A model generated the notes under the pieces. The model did not search any database. It was given only the letters and a program-made list of their open reading frames with translations, and had not been told where the DNA came from. Position numbers and translations under genes: made by a program. Positions 37,782-49,178 of a stretch of DNA of 64,000 bases are shown piece after piece. The stretch spans positions 46,004,001 to 46,068,000 of the forward strand of contig NC_042997.1 of the NCBI RefSeq assembly GCF_006345805.1. The letters are read 5' to 3'. Each line of letters begins with the position of its first letter. The first letter of the stretch is position 1. This stretch comes from Octopus sinensis (taxonomy: Eukaryota).

Positions 37782-38081
37782 GTGGAGGTACATGTCCTAG
37801 CGGTTAGAGCAGCGGACTCGCGGTCGAGGGATCGCGGGTTCGAATCTCAGACCGGGCGATGTGTGTGTTTATGAGCAAAACACCTAAGCTCCACGCGGCT
37901 CCAGCAGAAAGGTAATGGCAAACTCCTGCTAACTCTTTCGCCACAACTTTCTTTCGCTCTTCCTGCATCTAGCAGCTCACCTGCGATGGACCGGCGTCCC
38001 ATCCAGGTGGGGAACCTATACGCCAATGAAGCCGGGAAACCGGCTCATTATGAGCCAGGCATGGCTTGAGAAGGAACAAAC
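37782..38081 (+). mobile_element. Mosaic tRNA-derived SINE with 12-bp TSD (duplicate at 43224-43523)
   Basis: A/B-box head (GGTTCGAATCTC). TSD AATTGAGAATAT at 37770-37781 and 38082-38093. Confidence 0.88.
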
Positions 38082-38266
38082 AATTGAGAATATATTAAGG
38101 AAATATATTGGGTATAAAGAAAAATAATTGCAAGAGGTGTGAGACCTGGCCAACAGCTAAATTTTAAAGGATAGCAGCATATAATCACCGTAACGAAGTT
38201 GTATGTAATATATGCAACGGGAACGGTTTTGATGCAGAATACTTAATGACATTATATATATATCTC

Positions 38267-38542
38267 TGCAGCGTGGAAGGTGTTTGTAAGCCATTTAAGA
38301 AACACACAAAAGCCGTTCGATTTACTTCAATATTTAAGTTTAATTTGTCAAAATATTTTTCTCGCTAAAATCCGCGACCTGTTCACTGACAAAATCCGTG
38401 ATGCAGCACGGATTTTTGTCAGTGAACAGGTCGCGGTCTTAAAGCGACGAAAATATTTTGACAAATTAAACTTAAATATTGAAGTGAATCGAACGGCTTT
38501 GGTGTGTTTATTAAATAGCTTACAAACACCTTCCACGCTGCA
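38267..38542. mobile_element. Palindromic MITE-like hairpin (276 bp; duplicate at 43720-43995)
   Basis: ~135-bp arms about 92% complementary, 6-nt loop ATGCAG, termini TGCAGCGTGGAAGG...CCTTCCACGCTGCA. Confidence 0.88.
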
Positions 38543-38609
38543 ATTGTTTTCGTTTCAGCACACGATCTCAGATCAAATCACTTGCTATGCAAGTACATCT
38601 CCGTAATAT

Positions 38610-39450
38610 ATATCTCTATATATATAAAACTGAGAATGTGTCTGTCTGTCTGTCTGTCTGTGTGTTTCCCTAAAACTTGAGAACTACTCAACCAATTTCA
38701 TTCAAATTTTACACATGCGTTACTTGGCCCGGGGAGTGTCATCGTCAAAAAAATTTAACTTTTTCCCTAGGGCGAACCCACAGCAATATCATATCTTCTC
38801 CACTATTCAGTATTATGTTTTAAAAGTGAAACAAAAACATCTCACTATTGTAATGCAGACATTCACTTTAATACTGAAACTATTAAAGTGAAAGTATTAT
38901 ATAACAAGGATGAAACATTAACAGTGGTCATCCGTTTTGCTAGAAGAAGAGCCGCTATGGTCTTATATGCTACACCACTGGTTTTCAATTCATATTAATC
39001 AAATTAATATTCAATTTTTCACCCTTATTATTATGTGTGTGTGTGTGTATTAGCAATTCGTATAAAATTGCATCAATGACTTGAACTTGAATAAGTGGTT
39101 TCATATAAATGGGGATAAATTGAAAAGGTTTGTTGTTATTATTATTACTGTTTGACTATTGTAATCACATTTGTTGGTTCCTCGTCAGAGAAACGTTGTT
39201 GTGTTTCATTTGTTAAATAATTGTAAACCGTAACCCTCCCTCGTTCGGAGAAGGGGCTTTGGTTATTGTTTAAAAATTGAATTGTGTCCCTGTTTGGGGA
39301 AATTGACAATATTTCACCGTCTTTACGGAAGCATTTTTGTTAAAATGACTTCGATAGAAGAAAGTCCAAAAATGAATTTCGCTGCAGCCGTACACTTCTA
39401 TACATGAGGGAGGACAAGATCCAATTGATAGAAATTGCAAGAGACGGGCC
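38610..39450 (+). mobile_element. Non-autonomous Helitron/HINE-like element (duplicate at ~44060-44910)
   Basis: 5' A|TCTCTATATATATAAAA, (GTCT)n microsatellite, then AACTACTCAACCAATTTCATTCAAATTTT core, a layout typical of DINE-1/HINE-type elements. The 3' boundary is uncertain. Confidence 0.55.
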
Positions 39451-39454
39451 TACA

Positions 39455-39705
39455 ATTCCAGTCTGTTATATATTTTGAGTATTGTTATCACTAGCGATAT
39501 CAAGATATAACTTGGACTCCACCTGTACTTGCTTGCAATGATTCACTCCTGAGAGTATGAGACCTTCGAGCCATTTGACAATGGGGAAGTTGAAATCACC
39601 CATAAGAAATATGGTCACGTGGTGTTCCAGATTCATGAGGATTTCTTTAATTCTTGTGAGGCAATCTTCAAACTTGCCTATGTGATTTGGAGCATCAGGT
39701 GGGCA

Positions 39706-39706
<1 letters not shown>
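39455..39706 (-). mobile_element. LINE AP-endonuclease fragment (duplicate at ~44915-45166)
   Basis: YCPPDAPN...KFEDCLTRIKEIL...TIFLMGDFNFP (YRPP...GDFN APE motifs). Confidence 0.8.
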
Positions 39707-39761
<55 letters not shown>

Positions 39762-39976
39762 ATATATATGTATAAAAAATATATATAAAAATACAAAATG
39801 GGACAAGAACGCAAAACACTCAAATAGACGACACAAAAAACGGACGGATCATTTGAAGCCTCTAATCTTCAGTCAAGAACCGGATCATCCTCGCAATTTC
39901 GGCTGATTAATCTTGAGATCGCTCCGATCCGGCCAACCCCAAGAAAAAACTAAGCTATGAGCATTAGATTTATATA

Positions 39977-40030
<54 letters not shown>

Positions 40031-40241
40031 AAAAGTAGAAATAGCAGTCAAGAATGCTTATTTCTATTTTCCACAAGTGGGGCTCCACACACGACAAACC
40101 CTGCAATTCACATATGCAAAACAGAAGGAATAGATATCGAAAACGATATGTTTTGCATATGGGAATTGCAGGGTTTGTCGTGTGTGGAGCCCCACTTGTG
40201 GAAAATAGAAATAAGCATTCTTGACTGCTATTTCTACTTTT
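40031..40241. repeat. Near-perfect 93-bp inverted repeat with 25-nt loop (duplicate at ~45456-45665)
   Basis: 40031-40123 versus the reverse complement of 40149-40241 shows one mismatch. Confidence 0.92.
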
Positions 40242-40436
40242 TCGGTATGCGGTCAAGCAACCTGTTGCCTGTCCCTTTTTTCTTATATACAATATATATA
40301 CTGAACTTTACAGAAGTTCCTGTCGTTAATCGGCTATATTTACATACCGAATTCTACCAGTAAATAATTGTGGTCTTTTTTTAAAAACCATTATAGAAAT
40401 TAATTACTCTTATTATTATTATTATATATATATATA

Positions 40437-41355
40437 TCTCGCAGAAAATACAGAACCCCAGCGATGTTGCACACCTGCAGCAGGAGTTGGACTCAATCTA
40501 CAGATGGGCTGAGGATAATAATATGCAGTTTAATGCAGAAAAATTCCAGGCCCTGCGCTACCAGCATCCAAAACTGAATATTAAACTTACAGGATACACC
40601 GGTCCACATGGAATTTCAATCCCAGAGCCTAAGTCTATGAGGACCTGGGTATCGACATGAGTGATGATACCTCTTTCCAAGTGCACATTACCAGGATGGC
40701 GAAAAAGTGCAGACGACTGGCTGGGTGGATCCTAAGAACATTCAGAACTAGAGATAAGGAAACCATGATGGTCTTCTCAGCTGCCTGGATTACTGCTCAC
40801 AGCTATGGTCACCCACCAGTGTAAAGTTAACAGCGGACCTTGAAGCAACCCAGAGAAGATTCACAAAGAAGATCATCTCTTTGCAACAGCTCAGCTACTG
40901 GGAAAGGTTGAAACAGCTAAGACTCTACTCCCTGGAGAGAAGACGGGAGAAGTATGCAGTATATATGTCTGGAAGATTCTGGAAGGAATTGTGCCAAATT
41001 TTGGCATTGTAAGCTACACCAATGCTAGAACGGGACGATACTGCATAGTGCCAAAGATCCTAGCAATGCCATCACGCTTCAGGACCAGCTTCTGAAACAG
41101 CCTGGGTTTCAAGGGCCCACTGCTTTTTAATATTCTCCCAAAGAGTCTGAGGAACTTGCACAAAGTAGATGTAGCTGTTTTTAAATAAAACCTGGACATC
41201 TTCCTGTCGAGAGTCCCAGATGAACCTACCTCACGGCAAGAGGTGCAAATGAGAGTAGCTACATCAAACTCCATTCTTCACCAAGTGCCACATATTAGTA
41301 GCACAAAACGGTGGTGCATCAGCATGGCCGCAGCTCTGAGCTGAAACTAGAGAAT
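40437..41355 (+). mobile_element. 5'-truncated CR1-group LINE (RT C-terminal region and 3' tail), copy 1
   Basis: LQQELDSIYRWAEDNNMQFNAEKFQ...LDYCSQLWSP...YWERLKQLRLYSLERRR...GPLLFNILP...LDIFLSRVPDEP. Frameshifted, with a 16-bp deletion relative to copy 2. Confidence 0.9.
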
Positions 41356-41368
41356 ATATATATTATAT

Positions 41369-41410
<42 letters not shown>

Positions 41411-41413
<3 letters not shown>

Positions 41414-41625
41414 GTGACCGCGTGTGTACCGTTGGCGATTTTTTTCCCTCTATCTTCCCTTCTCTGGATCTTTCCTCCTCCTATGTTTCCGACGAAGCGC
41501 TCCGCTCGAAACGTTAAACCCTCCTTCTTTCCTTCTTTCCTGAGCATCCAATAATACCATATTTGTTCCACGTCCTCGCGTTGCTGTGTTTTCTCTTGGT
41601 GTTTTCATGTTTGGATTAACTATAT
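41411..41625 (+). repeat. Penelope-type terminal repeat with hammerhead-like motif (copies at 46863-47075 + and 51757-51935 -)
   Basis: Three copies of ATGTGACCGC...GTTTCCGACGAAGMGCTCCGCTCGAAACGTT...GTTTTCTCTTG. The PLE origin is inference from the CYGANGA...GAAAC motif. Confidence 0.55.
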
Positions 41626-41734
41626 ATATATATATATATGGACATATATATGAGGACCTCACACCCCAGGTTCTTTTGTCATACTCAAATTCGGTGTGTG
41701 ACACACTAATTGGCAACTTGTTGTAGTTATATAT

Positions 41735-41850
41735 GCTACATATCGCACTCAGATGCTCCAAATATTATAAGAATAGAAGAAGTTTTAGTCACATTAGAAC
41801 AACACATAAGTGTACTTCTTATGGGAGACTTCAATCTGCTCAATGTCAGA
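41735..41850 (+). mobile_element. Second LINE AP-endonuclease fragment (duplicate at ~47185-47300)
   Basis: SDAPNIIRIEEVLVTLEQHISVLLMGDFNL. Confidence 0.65.
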
Positions 41851-42934
41851 TTGAATCACACGTGTCAGATCGAATCACACGTGTCTCGAGATGTGCCGAA
41901 GATTTTCTATTTTGGATATATTTGGGGTACTTATGTCTGCTCAGGACTTAATGCTTGCTTTTTTCATGGGTATGAGTAAGTATTCCATTTATGTCTTACA
42001 TATTTATCGCTGAAGAGGGGAAAATTCTTATAAATTAACCCCGAAATTGGGACCAATGCGGTAATAACGGATTTTTTAGAAATTTCTATCGGTTTGTTTC
42101 GAGACGCAAAAATTATAATGGTTATTGACAATTTTGTCTTTTTTTCGGTATATTTGGCATTAGAATTTTTCTTTTGCCCTTATTTTGTAAGTTATTTATA
42201 AATTTAACCTTTAAAGGTATTTTTTGATATGCTAGCCATTGATAAATTTTTTTTTTTCGAAAAAAGTTTATCCTACATGAGTTGTATGTATATATATCCA
42301 AACATACATAAACGAAAAGTAGTGAATATAAGTAGTGCATATGTATTATAATCATCCAACCATCTGCAGTGTTATCTATCTCAGATGAAACAATTTTCCT
42401 AACAACAACATGAAAAGAAAATATGCAGACATAAACATATTCATATATACATACACGCATTGCGTTTAACTGATTAATATATCTTGTTTTGCCTTTGAGT
42501 GGTAAAATGCAGCATCGTACAAGTCTCTGCATAGAGTAAAACCTAGAAAATATCATTAGTATAGGAGCTATGTTGATTCTTAATTGGTAAAGATTTATAA
42601 TTTAATTGAAATACGAATGGAACTTTCGTACATAAGGAAAGAAGAAGTTTTGATTTATCGTTGTCCGCTGTTCGGCTTATCGTTTCAATGAAGTTTTAAT
42701 TCTTTGAAAACTATTCTCCTCATTTTTTCTATCTGTATACGTGTCACTATCAAATTAATAAGTTGTTTAACAGCATTCAAACGTTTCTTCAAAAAGGTTA
42801 TCTTGTTTGAAAATATAGTTCGGCGCTTTTTTAGCTGAGTGCTTTAGTGGAACGTGTGAGTAATCAGTTTTCAGTATATCTTAAATCCTATTTTGCTTTA
42901 TCATGCTGTTTATTGGAGTAGTTTTAATTCTCTC

Positions 42935-43160
42935 TTTCTAACCGTAGTGATACCTGTAGACCAATGGTTTCTAGGTGATTTCCCTTCGTCGGTACAGGAC
43001 AACCGCCGGTTAGAGATAGCAGCCACTCGCACTTGCTCACAGTATTTATTTTTAAATCGACATACAGCCGCTCATCTCTTAAAGAGACAAACAACTAGTT
43101 TTAAATCTCTGAGCAAGAGCAAGAGATGTGCCGAAGATTTTCTATTTTGGATATATGTTT
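42935..43160. other. Composite duplication junction made of templated pieces
   Basis: 42935-43114 matches 34256-34435 (175/180). 43110-43125 matches 34498-34513. 43123-43156 matches 47341-47374 and 41888-41922. Confidence 0.9.
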
Positions 43161-45169
43161 GTTTGAGTCTGTGCTCGCGCGACGTGCGTGAAAAATTAAA
43201 TAAGGTAGAGTAATTGAGAAGATGTGGAGGTACATGTCCTAGCGGTTAGAGCAGCGGACTCGCGGTCGAGGGATCGCGGGTTCGAATCTCAGACCGGGCG
43301 ATGTGTGTGTTTATGAGCAAAACACCTAAGCTCCACGCGGCTCCAGCAGAAAGGTAATGGCGAACTCCTGCTAACTCTTTCGCCTCAACTTTCTTTCGCT
43401 CTTCCTGCATCTAGCAGCTCACCTGGGATGGACCGGCCTCCCATCCAGGTGGGGAACCTATACGCCAATGAAGCCGGGAAACCGGCTCATTATGAGCCAG
43501 GCATGGCTTGAGAAGGAACAAACAATTGAGAATATATTAAGGAAATATATTGGGTATAAAGAAAAATAATTGCAAGAGGTAGAACATCAGTGTGAGACCT
43601 AGCCAACAGCTAAATTTTAAAGGATAGCAGCATATAATCACCGTAACGAAGTTGTATGTAATATATGCAACGGGAACGGTTTTGATGCAGAATACTTAAT
43701 GACATTATATATATATCTCTGCAGCGTGGAAGGTGTTTGTAAGCCATTTAAGAAACACACAAAAGCCGTTCGATTCACTTCAATATTTAAGTTTAATTTG
43801 TCAAAATATTTTTCTCGCTAAAATCCGCGACCTGTTCACTGACAATATCCGTGATGCAGCACGGATTTTTGTCACTGAACAGGTCGCGGTCTTAAAGCGA
43901 CGAAAATATTTTGACAAATTAAACTTAAATATTGAAGTGAATCGAACGGCTTTGGTGTGTTTATTAAATAACTTACAAACACCTTCCACGCTGCAATTGT
44001 TTTTGTTTCAGCACACGATCTCAGATCAAATCACTTGCTATGCAAGTACATCTCCGTAATATATATATATATATATATATATATAACTGAGAATGTGTCT
44101 GTCTGTCTGTCTGTCTGTGTGTTTCCCTAAAACTTGAGAACTACTCAACCAATTTCATTCAAATTTTACACATGCGTTACTTGGCCCGGGGAGTGTCATC
44201 GTCAAAAAAATTTAACTTTTTCCCTAGGGCGAACCCACAGCAATATCATATCTTCTCCACTATTCAGTATTATGTTTTAAAAGTGAAACAAAATCATCTC
44301 ACTATTGTAATGCAGACATTCACTTTAATACTGAAACTATTAAAGTGAAAGTATTATATAACAAGGATGAAACATTAACAGTGGTCATCCGTTTTGCTAG
44401 AAGAAGATCCGCTATGGTCTTATATGCTACACCACTGGTTTTCAATTCATATTAATCAAATTAATATTCAATTTTTCACCCTTATTATTATGTGTGTGTG
44501 TGTGTGTGTATTAGCAATTCGTATGAAATTGCATCAATGACTTGAACTTGAATAAGTGGTTTCATATAAATGGAGATAAATTGAAAAGTTTGTTGTTATT
44601 ATTATTACTGTTTGACTATTGTAATCACATTTGTTGTTCCTCGTCAGAGAAACGTTGTTGTGTTGCATTTGTTAAATAATTGTAAACCGTAACCCTCCCT
44701 CGTTCGGAGAAGGGGCTTTGGTTATTGTTTAAAAATTGAATTGTGTCCCTGTTTGGGGAAATTGACAATATTTCATCGTCTTTACGGAAGCATTTTTGTT
44801 AAAATGACTTCGATAGAAGAAAGTCCAAAAATGAATTTCGCTGCAGCCGTACACTTCTATACATGAGGGAGGACAAGATCCAATTGATAGAAATTGCAAG
44901 AGACGGGCCTACAATTCCAGTCTGTTATATATTTTGAGTATTGTTATCACTAGCGATATCAAGATATAACTTGGACTCCACCTGTACTTGCTTGCAATGA
45001 TTCACTCCTGAGAGTATGAGACCTTCGGGCCATTTGACAATGGGGAAGTTGAAATCACCCATAAGAAATATGGTCACGTGGTGTTCCAGATTCATGAGGA
45101 TTTCTTTAATTCTTGTGAGGCAATCTTCAAACTTGCCTATGTGATTTGGAGCATCAGGTGGGCAATATG

Positions 45170-45220
<51 letters not shown>

Positions 45221-46790
45221 CAATATATATGTATAAAAAATATATATAAAAATACAAAATGGGACAAGAACGCAAAACACTCAAATAGACGACACAAAAA
45301 ACGGACGGGTCATTTGAAGCCTCTAATCTTCAGTCAAGAACCGGATCAACCTCGCAATTTCGGCTGATTAATCTTGAGATCGCTCCGATCCGGCCAACCC
45401 CAAGGAAAAAACTAAGCTACGAGCATTAGATTTATATATATATATATATATAAGGAAAAGTAGAAATAGCAGTCAAGAATGCTTATTTCTATTTTCCACA
45501 CAAGTGGGCTCCACACACGACAAACCCTGCAATTCACATATGCAAAACAGAAGGAATAGATATCGAAAACGATATGTTTTGCATATGTGAATTGCAGGGT
45601 TTCGTGTGTGGAGCCCCACTTGTGGAAAATAGAAATAAGCATTCTTGACTGCTATTTCTACTTTTTCGGTATGCGGTCAAGCAACCTGTTGCCTGTCCCT
45701 TTTTTCTTATATACAATATATATACTGAACTTTACAGAAGTTCCTGCCGTTAATCGGCTATATTTACATACCGAATTCTACCAGTAAATAATTGTGGTCT
45801 TTTTTTAAAAACCATTATAGAAATTAATTACTCTTATTATTATTATTATATATATATATCTCGCAGAAAATACAGAACCCCAGCGATGTTGCACACTTGC
45901 AGCAGGAGTTGGACTCAATCTACAGATGGGCTGAGGATAATAATATGCAGTTTAATGCAGAAAAATTCCAGGCCCTGCGCTACCAGCATCCAAAACTGAA
46001 TATTAAACTTACAGGATACACCGGTCCACATGGAATTTCAATCCCAGAGCCTAAGTCTATGAGGACCTGGGTATCGACATGAGTGATGATACCTCTTTCC
46101 AAGTGCACATTACCAGGATGGCGAAAAAGTGCAGACGACTGGCTGGGTGGATCCTAAGAACATTCAGAACCAGAGATAAGGAAACCATGATGGTCTTCTG
46201 GCGGACATTCGTCCTCAACTGCCTGGATTACTGCTCACAGCTATGGTCACCCACCAGTGTAAAGTTAACAGCGGACCTTGAAGCAACCCAGAGAAGATTC
46301 ACAAAGGAGATCATCTCTTTGCAACAGCTCAGCTACTGGGAAAGGTTGAAACAGCTAAGACTCTACTCCCTGGAGAGAAGACGGGAGAAGTATGCAGTAA
46401 TATATGTCTGGAAGATTCTGGAAGGAATTGTGCCAAATTTTGGCATTGTAAGCTACACCAATGCTAGAACGGGACGATACTGCATAGTGCCAAAGATCCT
46501 AGCAATGCCATCACGCTTCAGGACCAGCTTCTGAAACAGCCTGGGTTTCAAGGGCCCACTGCTTTTTAATATTCTCCCAAAGAGTCTGAGGAACTTGCAC
46601 AAAGTAGATGTAGCTGTTTTTAAATAAAACCTGGACATCTTCCTGTCGAGAGTCCCAGATGAACCTACCTCACGGCAAGAGGTGCAAATGAGAGTAGCTG
46701 TATCAAACTCCATTCTTCACCAAGTGCCACATATTAGTAGCACAAAACGGTGGTGCATCAGCATGGCCGCAGCTCTGAGCTGAAACTAGA

Positions 46791-46866
<76 letters not shown>

Positions 46867-48389
46867 GTGACCGCGTGTGTACCGTTGGCGATTTTTTTCC
46901 CTCTATCTTCCCTTCTCTGGATCTTTCCTCCTCCTATGTTTCCGACGAAGCGCTCCGCTCGAAACGTTAAACCCTCCTTCTTTCCTTCTTTCCTGAGCAT
47001 CCAATAATACCATATTTGTTCCACGTCCTCGCGTTGCTGTGTTTTCTCTTGGTGTTTTCATGTTTGGATTAACTATATATATATATATATATGGACATAT
47101 ATATGAGGACCTCACACCCCAGGTTCTTTTGTCATACTCAAATTCGGTGTGTGACACACTAATTGGCAACTTGTTGTAGTTATATATGCTACATATCGCA
47201 CTCAGATGCTCCAAATATTATAAGAATAGAAGAAGTTTTAGTCACATTAGAACAACACATAAGTGTACTTCTTATGGGAGACTTCAATCTGCTCAATGTC
47301 AGATTGAATCACACGTGTCAGATCGAATCACACGTGTCTCGAGATGTGCCGAAGATTTTCTATTTTGGATATATTTGGGGTACTTATGTCTGCTCAGGAC
47401 TTAATGCTTGCTTTTTTCATGGGTATGAGTAAGTATTCCATTTATGTCTTACATATTTATCGCTGAAGAGGGGAAAATTCTTATAAATTAACCCCGAAAT
47501 TGGGACCAATGCGGTAATAACGGATTTTTTAGAAATTTCTATCGGTTTGTTTCGAGACGCAAAAATTATAATGGTTATTGACAATTTTGTCTTTTTTTCG
47601 GTATATTTGGCATTAGAATTTTTCTTTTGCCCTTATTTTGTAAGTTATTTATAAATTTAACCTTTAAAGGTATTTTTTGATATGCTAGCCATTGATAAAA
47701 TTTTTTTTTTCGAAAAAAGTTTATCCTACATGAGTTGTATGCATATATATCCAAACATACATAAACGAAAAGTAGTGAATATAAGTAGTGCATATGTATT
47801 ATAATTATCCAACCATCTGCAGTGTTATCTATCTCAGATGAAACAATTTTCCTAACAACAACATGAAAAGAAAATATGCAGACATAAACATATTCATATA
47901 TACATACACGCATTGCGTTTAACTGATTAATATATCTTGTTTTGCCTTTGAGTGGTAAAATGCAGCATGGTACAAGTCTCTGCATAGAGTAAAACCTAGA
48001 AAATATCATTAGTATAGGAGCTATGTTGATTCTTAATTGGTAAAGATTTATAATTTAATTGAAATACGAATGGAACTTTCGTACATAAGGAAAGAAGAAG
48101 TTTTGATTTATCGTTGTCCGCTGTTCGGCTTATGGTTTCAATGAAGTTTTAATTCTTTGAAAACTATTCTCCTCATTTTTTCTATCTGTATACGTGTCAC
48201 TATCAAATTAATAAGTTGTTTAACAGCTTTCAAACGTTTCTTCAAAAAGGTTATCTTGTTTGAAAATATAGTTCGGCGCTTTTTTAGCTGAGTGCTTTAG
48301 TGGAACGTGTGAGTAATCAGTTTTCAGTATATCTTAAATCCTATTTTGCTTTATCATGCTGTTTATTGGAGTAGTTTTAATTCTCTCTT
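43161..48389. repeat. Segmental tandem duplication, copy 2
   Basis: Collinear with 37719-42936. Confidence 0.95.
45859..46795 (+). mobile_element. 5'-truncated CR1-group LINE, copy 2
   Basis: ORF-track 45897-46082 and 46079-46534 (AGWILRTFRTRDKETM...LDYCSQLWSP...LERRREKY). Confidence 0.9.
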
Positions 48390-48612
48390 ACTCTGAGAAC
48401 GAACATTTAAGTTCTTTGTTGTCTTCCTTACAAAAAAAAAAAAAAAAAAGAAAACACCTCATTATGAAAGGCATTCAAGATGTGATCATTGTGTTTCTTG
48501 TTTAGCCACAGTGTATGATTGTACAGTGATTCCTTCATAACATGTATTTTCTCTACGGCTTCGGATTATGAAACTTTTGTCCACCTTTCTATAAAGAGAA
48601 CTTTAACAAATA

Positions 48613-49178
48613 TTGGGTTGTCCGGAAAATTCGTGCAGATTTATAGCAGTTTACATTTCGACTTATTTTAGAACATGGTTGAGTCCATAAAATAGGATTT
48701 GACTGCACCTCCATTTAGAGCACAGTTTAAGCTATCTTTTCGTGGAAAAAGGTTTATGTTCCTATAACCTGTGTTAATTCTGTAACCCTTTAAAACAGAA
48801 GATAAGAAAGTTCCTTTTCGGCACTTGATGTTTTGGGAACCAGACAAAAATTGCTGCAGCTCGGCTGGGATGTGTTACCCCACCGTCCATATTCACCAGA
48901 TATTGCTCCTTCGGATTTCCACTTATTCAGGTCTCTGCAGAAAAGTCTTAATGGTAAAAATTTCAATTCCTTGGATGACGTAAAAAGATGCCTTGATGAA
49001 ATCTTTGCTATGAAACCACCTCAATTCTGGGAAGAGGGTATTTTCAAGTTAAAGGAAAGATGGAGAGGCTTTGTGCAATAAAATGGTTCATATTTGGTTG
49101 ATTAAAAATGTAATGGCAAGTATTTATTGACCTTTTACTTTCCTTTAAAAATCGGCACTAACTTTTCGGACAACCCAA
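48613..49178 (+). mobile_element. Internally deleted mariner transposon (566 bp) with TIRs and TA duplication
   Basis: TA|TTGGGTTGTCCGGAAAATTCGTGCAGATTT ... AAATCGGCACTAACTTTTCGGACAACCCAA|TA. N-terminal EDKKVPFRHLM is joined to C-terminal LGWDVLPHRPYSPDIAPSDFHLFRSLQ (YSPDLAPSD motif). The TIR resembles the cecropia/Hsmar1 type. Confidence 0.93.

Larger units (their letters stand above)
37719..42936. repeat. Segmental tandem duplication, copy 1 (~5.2 kb)
   Basis: Collinear with 43161-48389 (offset ~5442-5453). Scattered substitutions and small indels, for example an 11-bp indel near 38140 and a 16-bp deletion near 40780. Confidence 0.95.

Noticed and set aside
42122-42556. 144-aa minus ORF present in both duplicated copies (also 47575-48009)
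   Set aside because: Persistence reflects the recent duplication. The composition is AT-biased and there is no domain or splice support.
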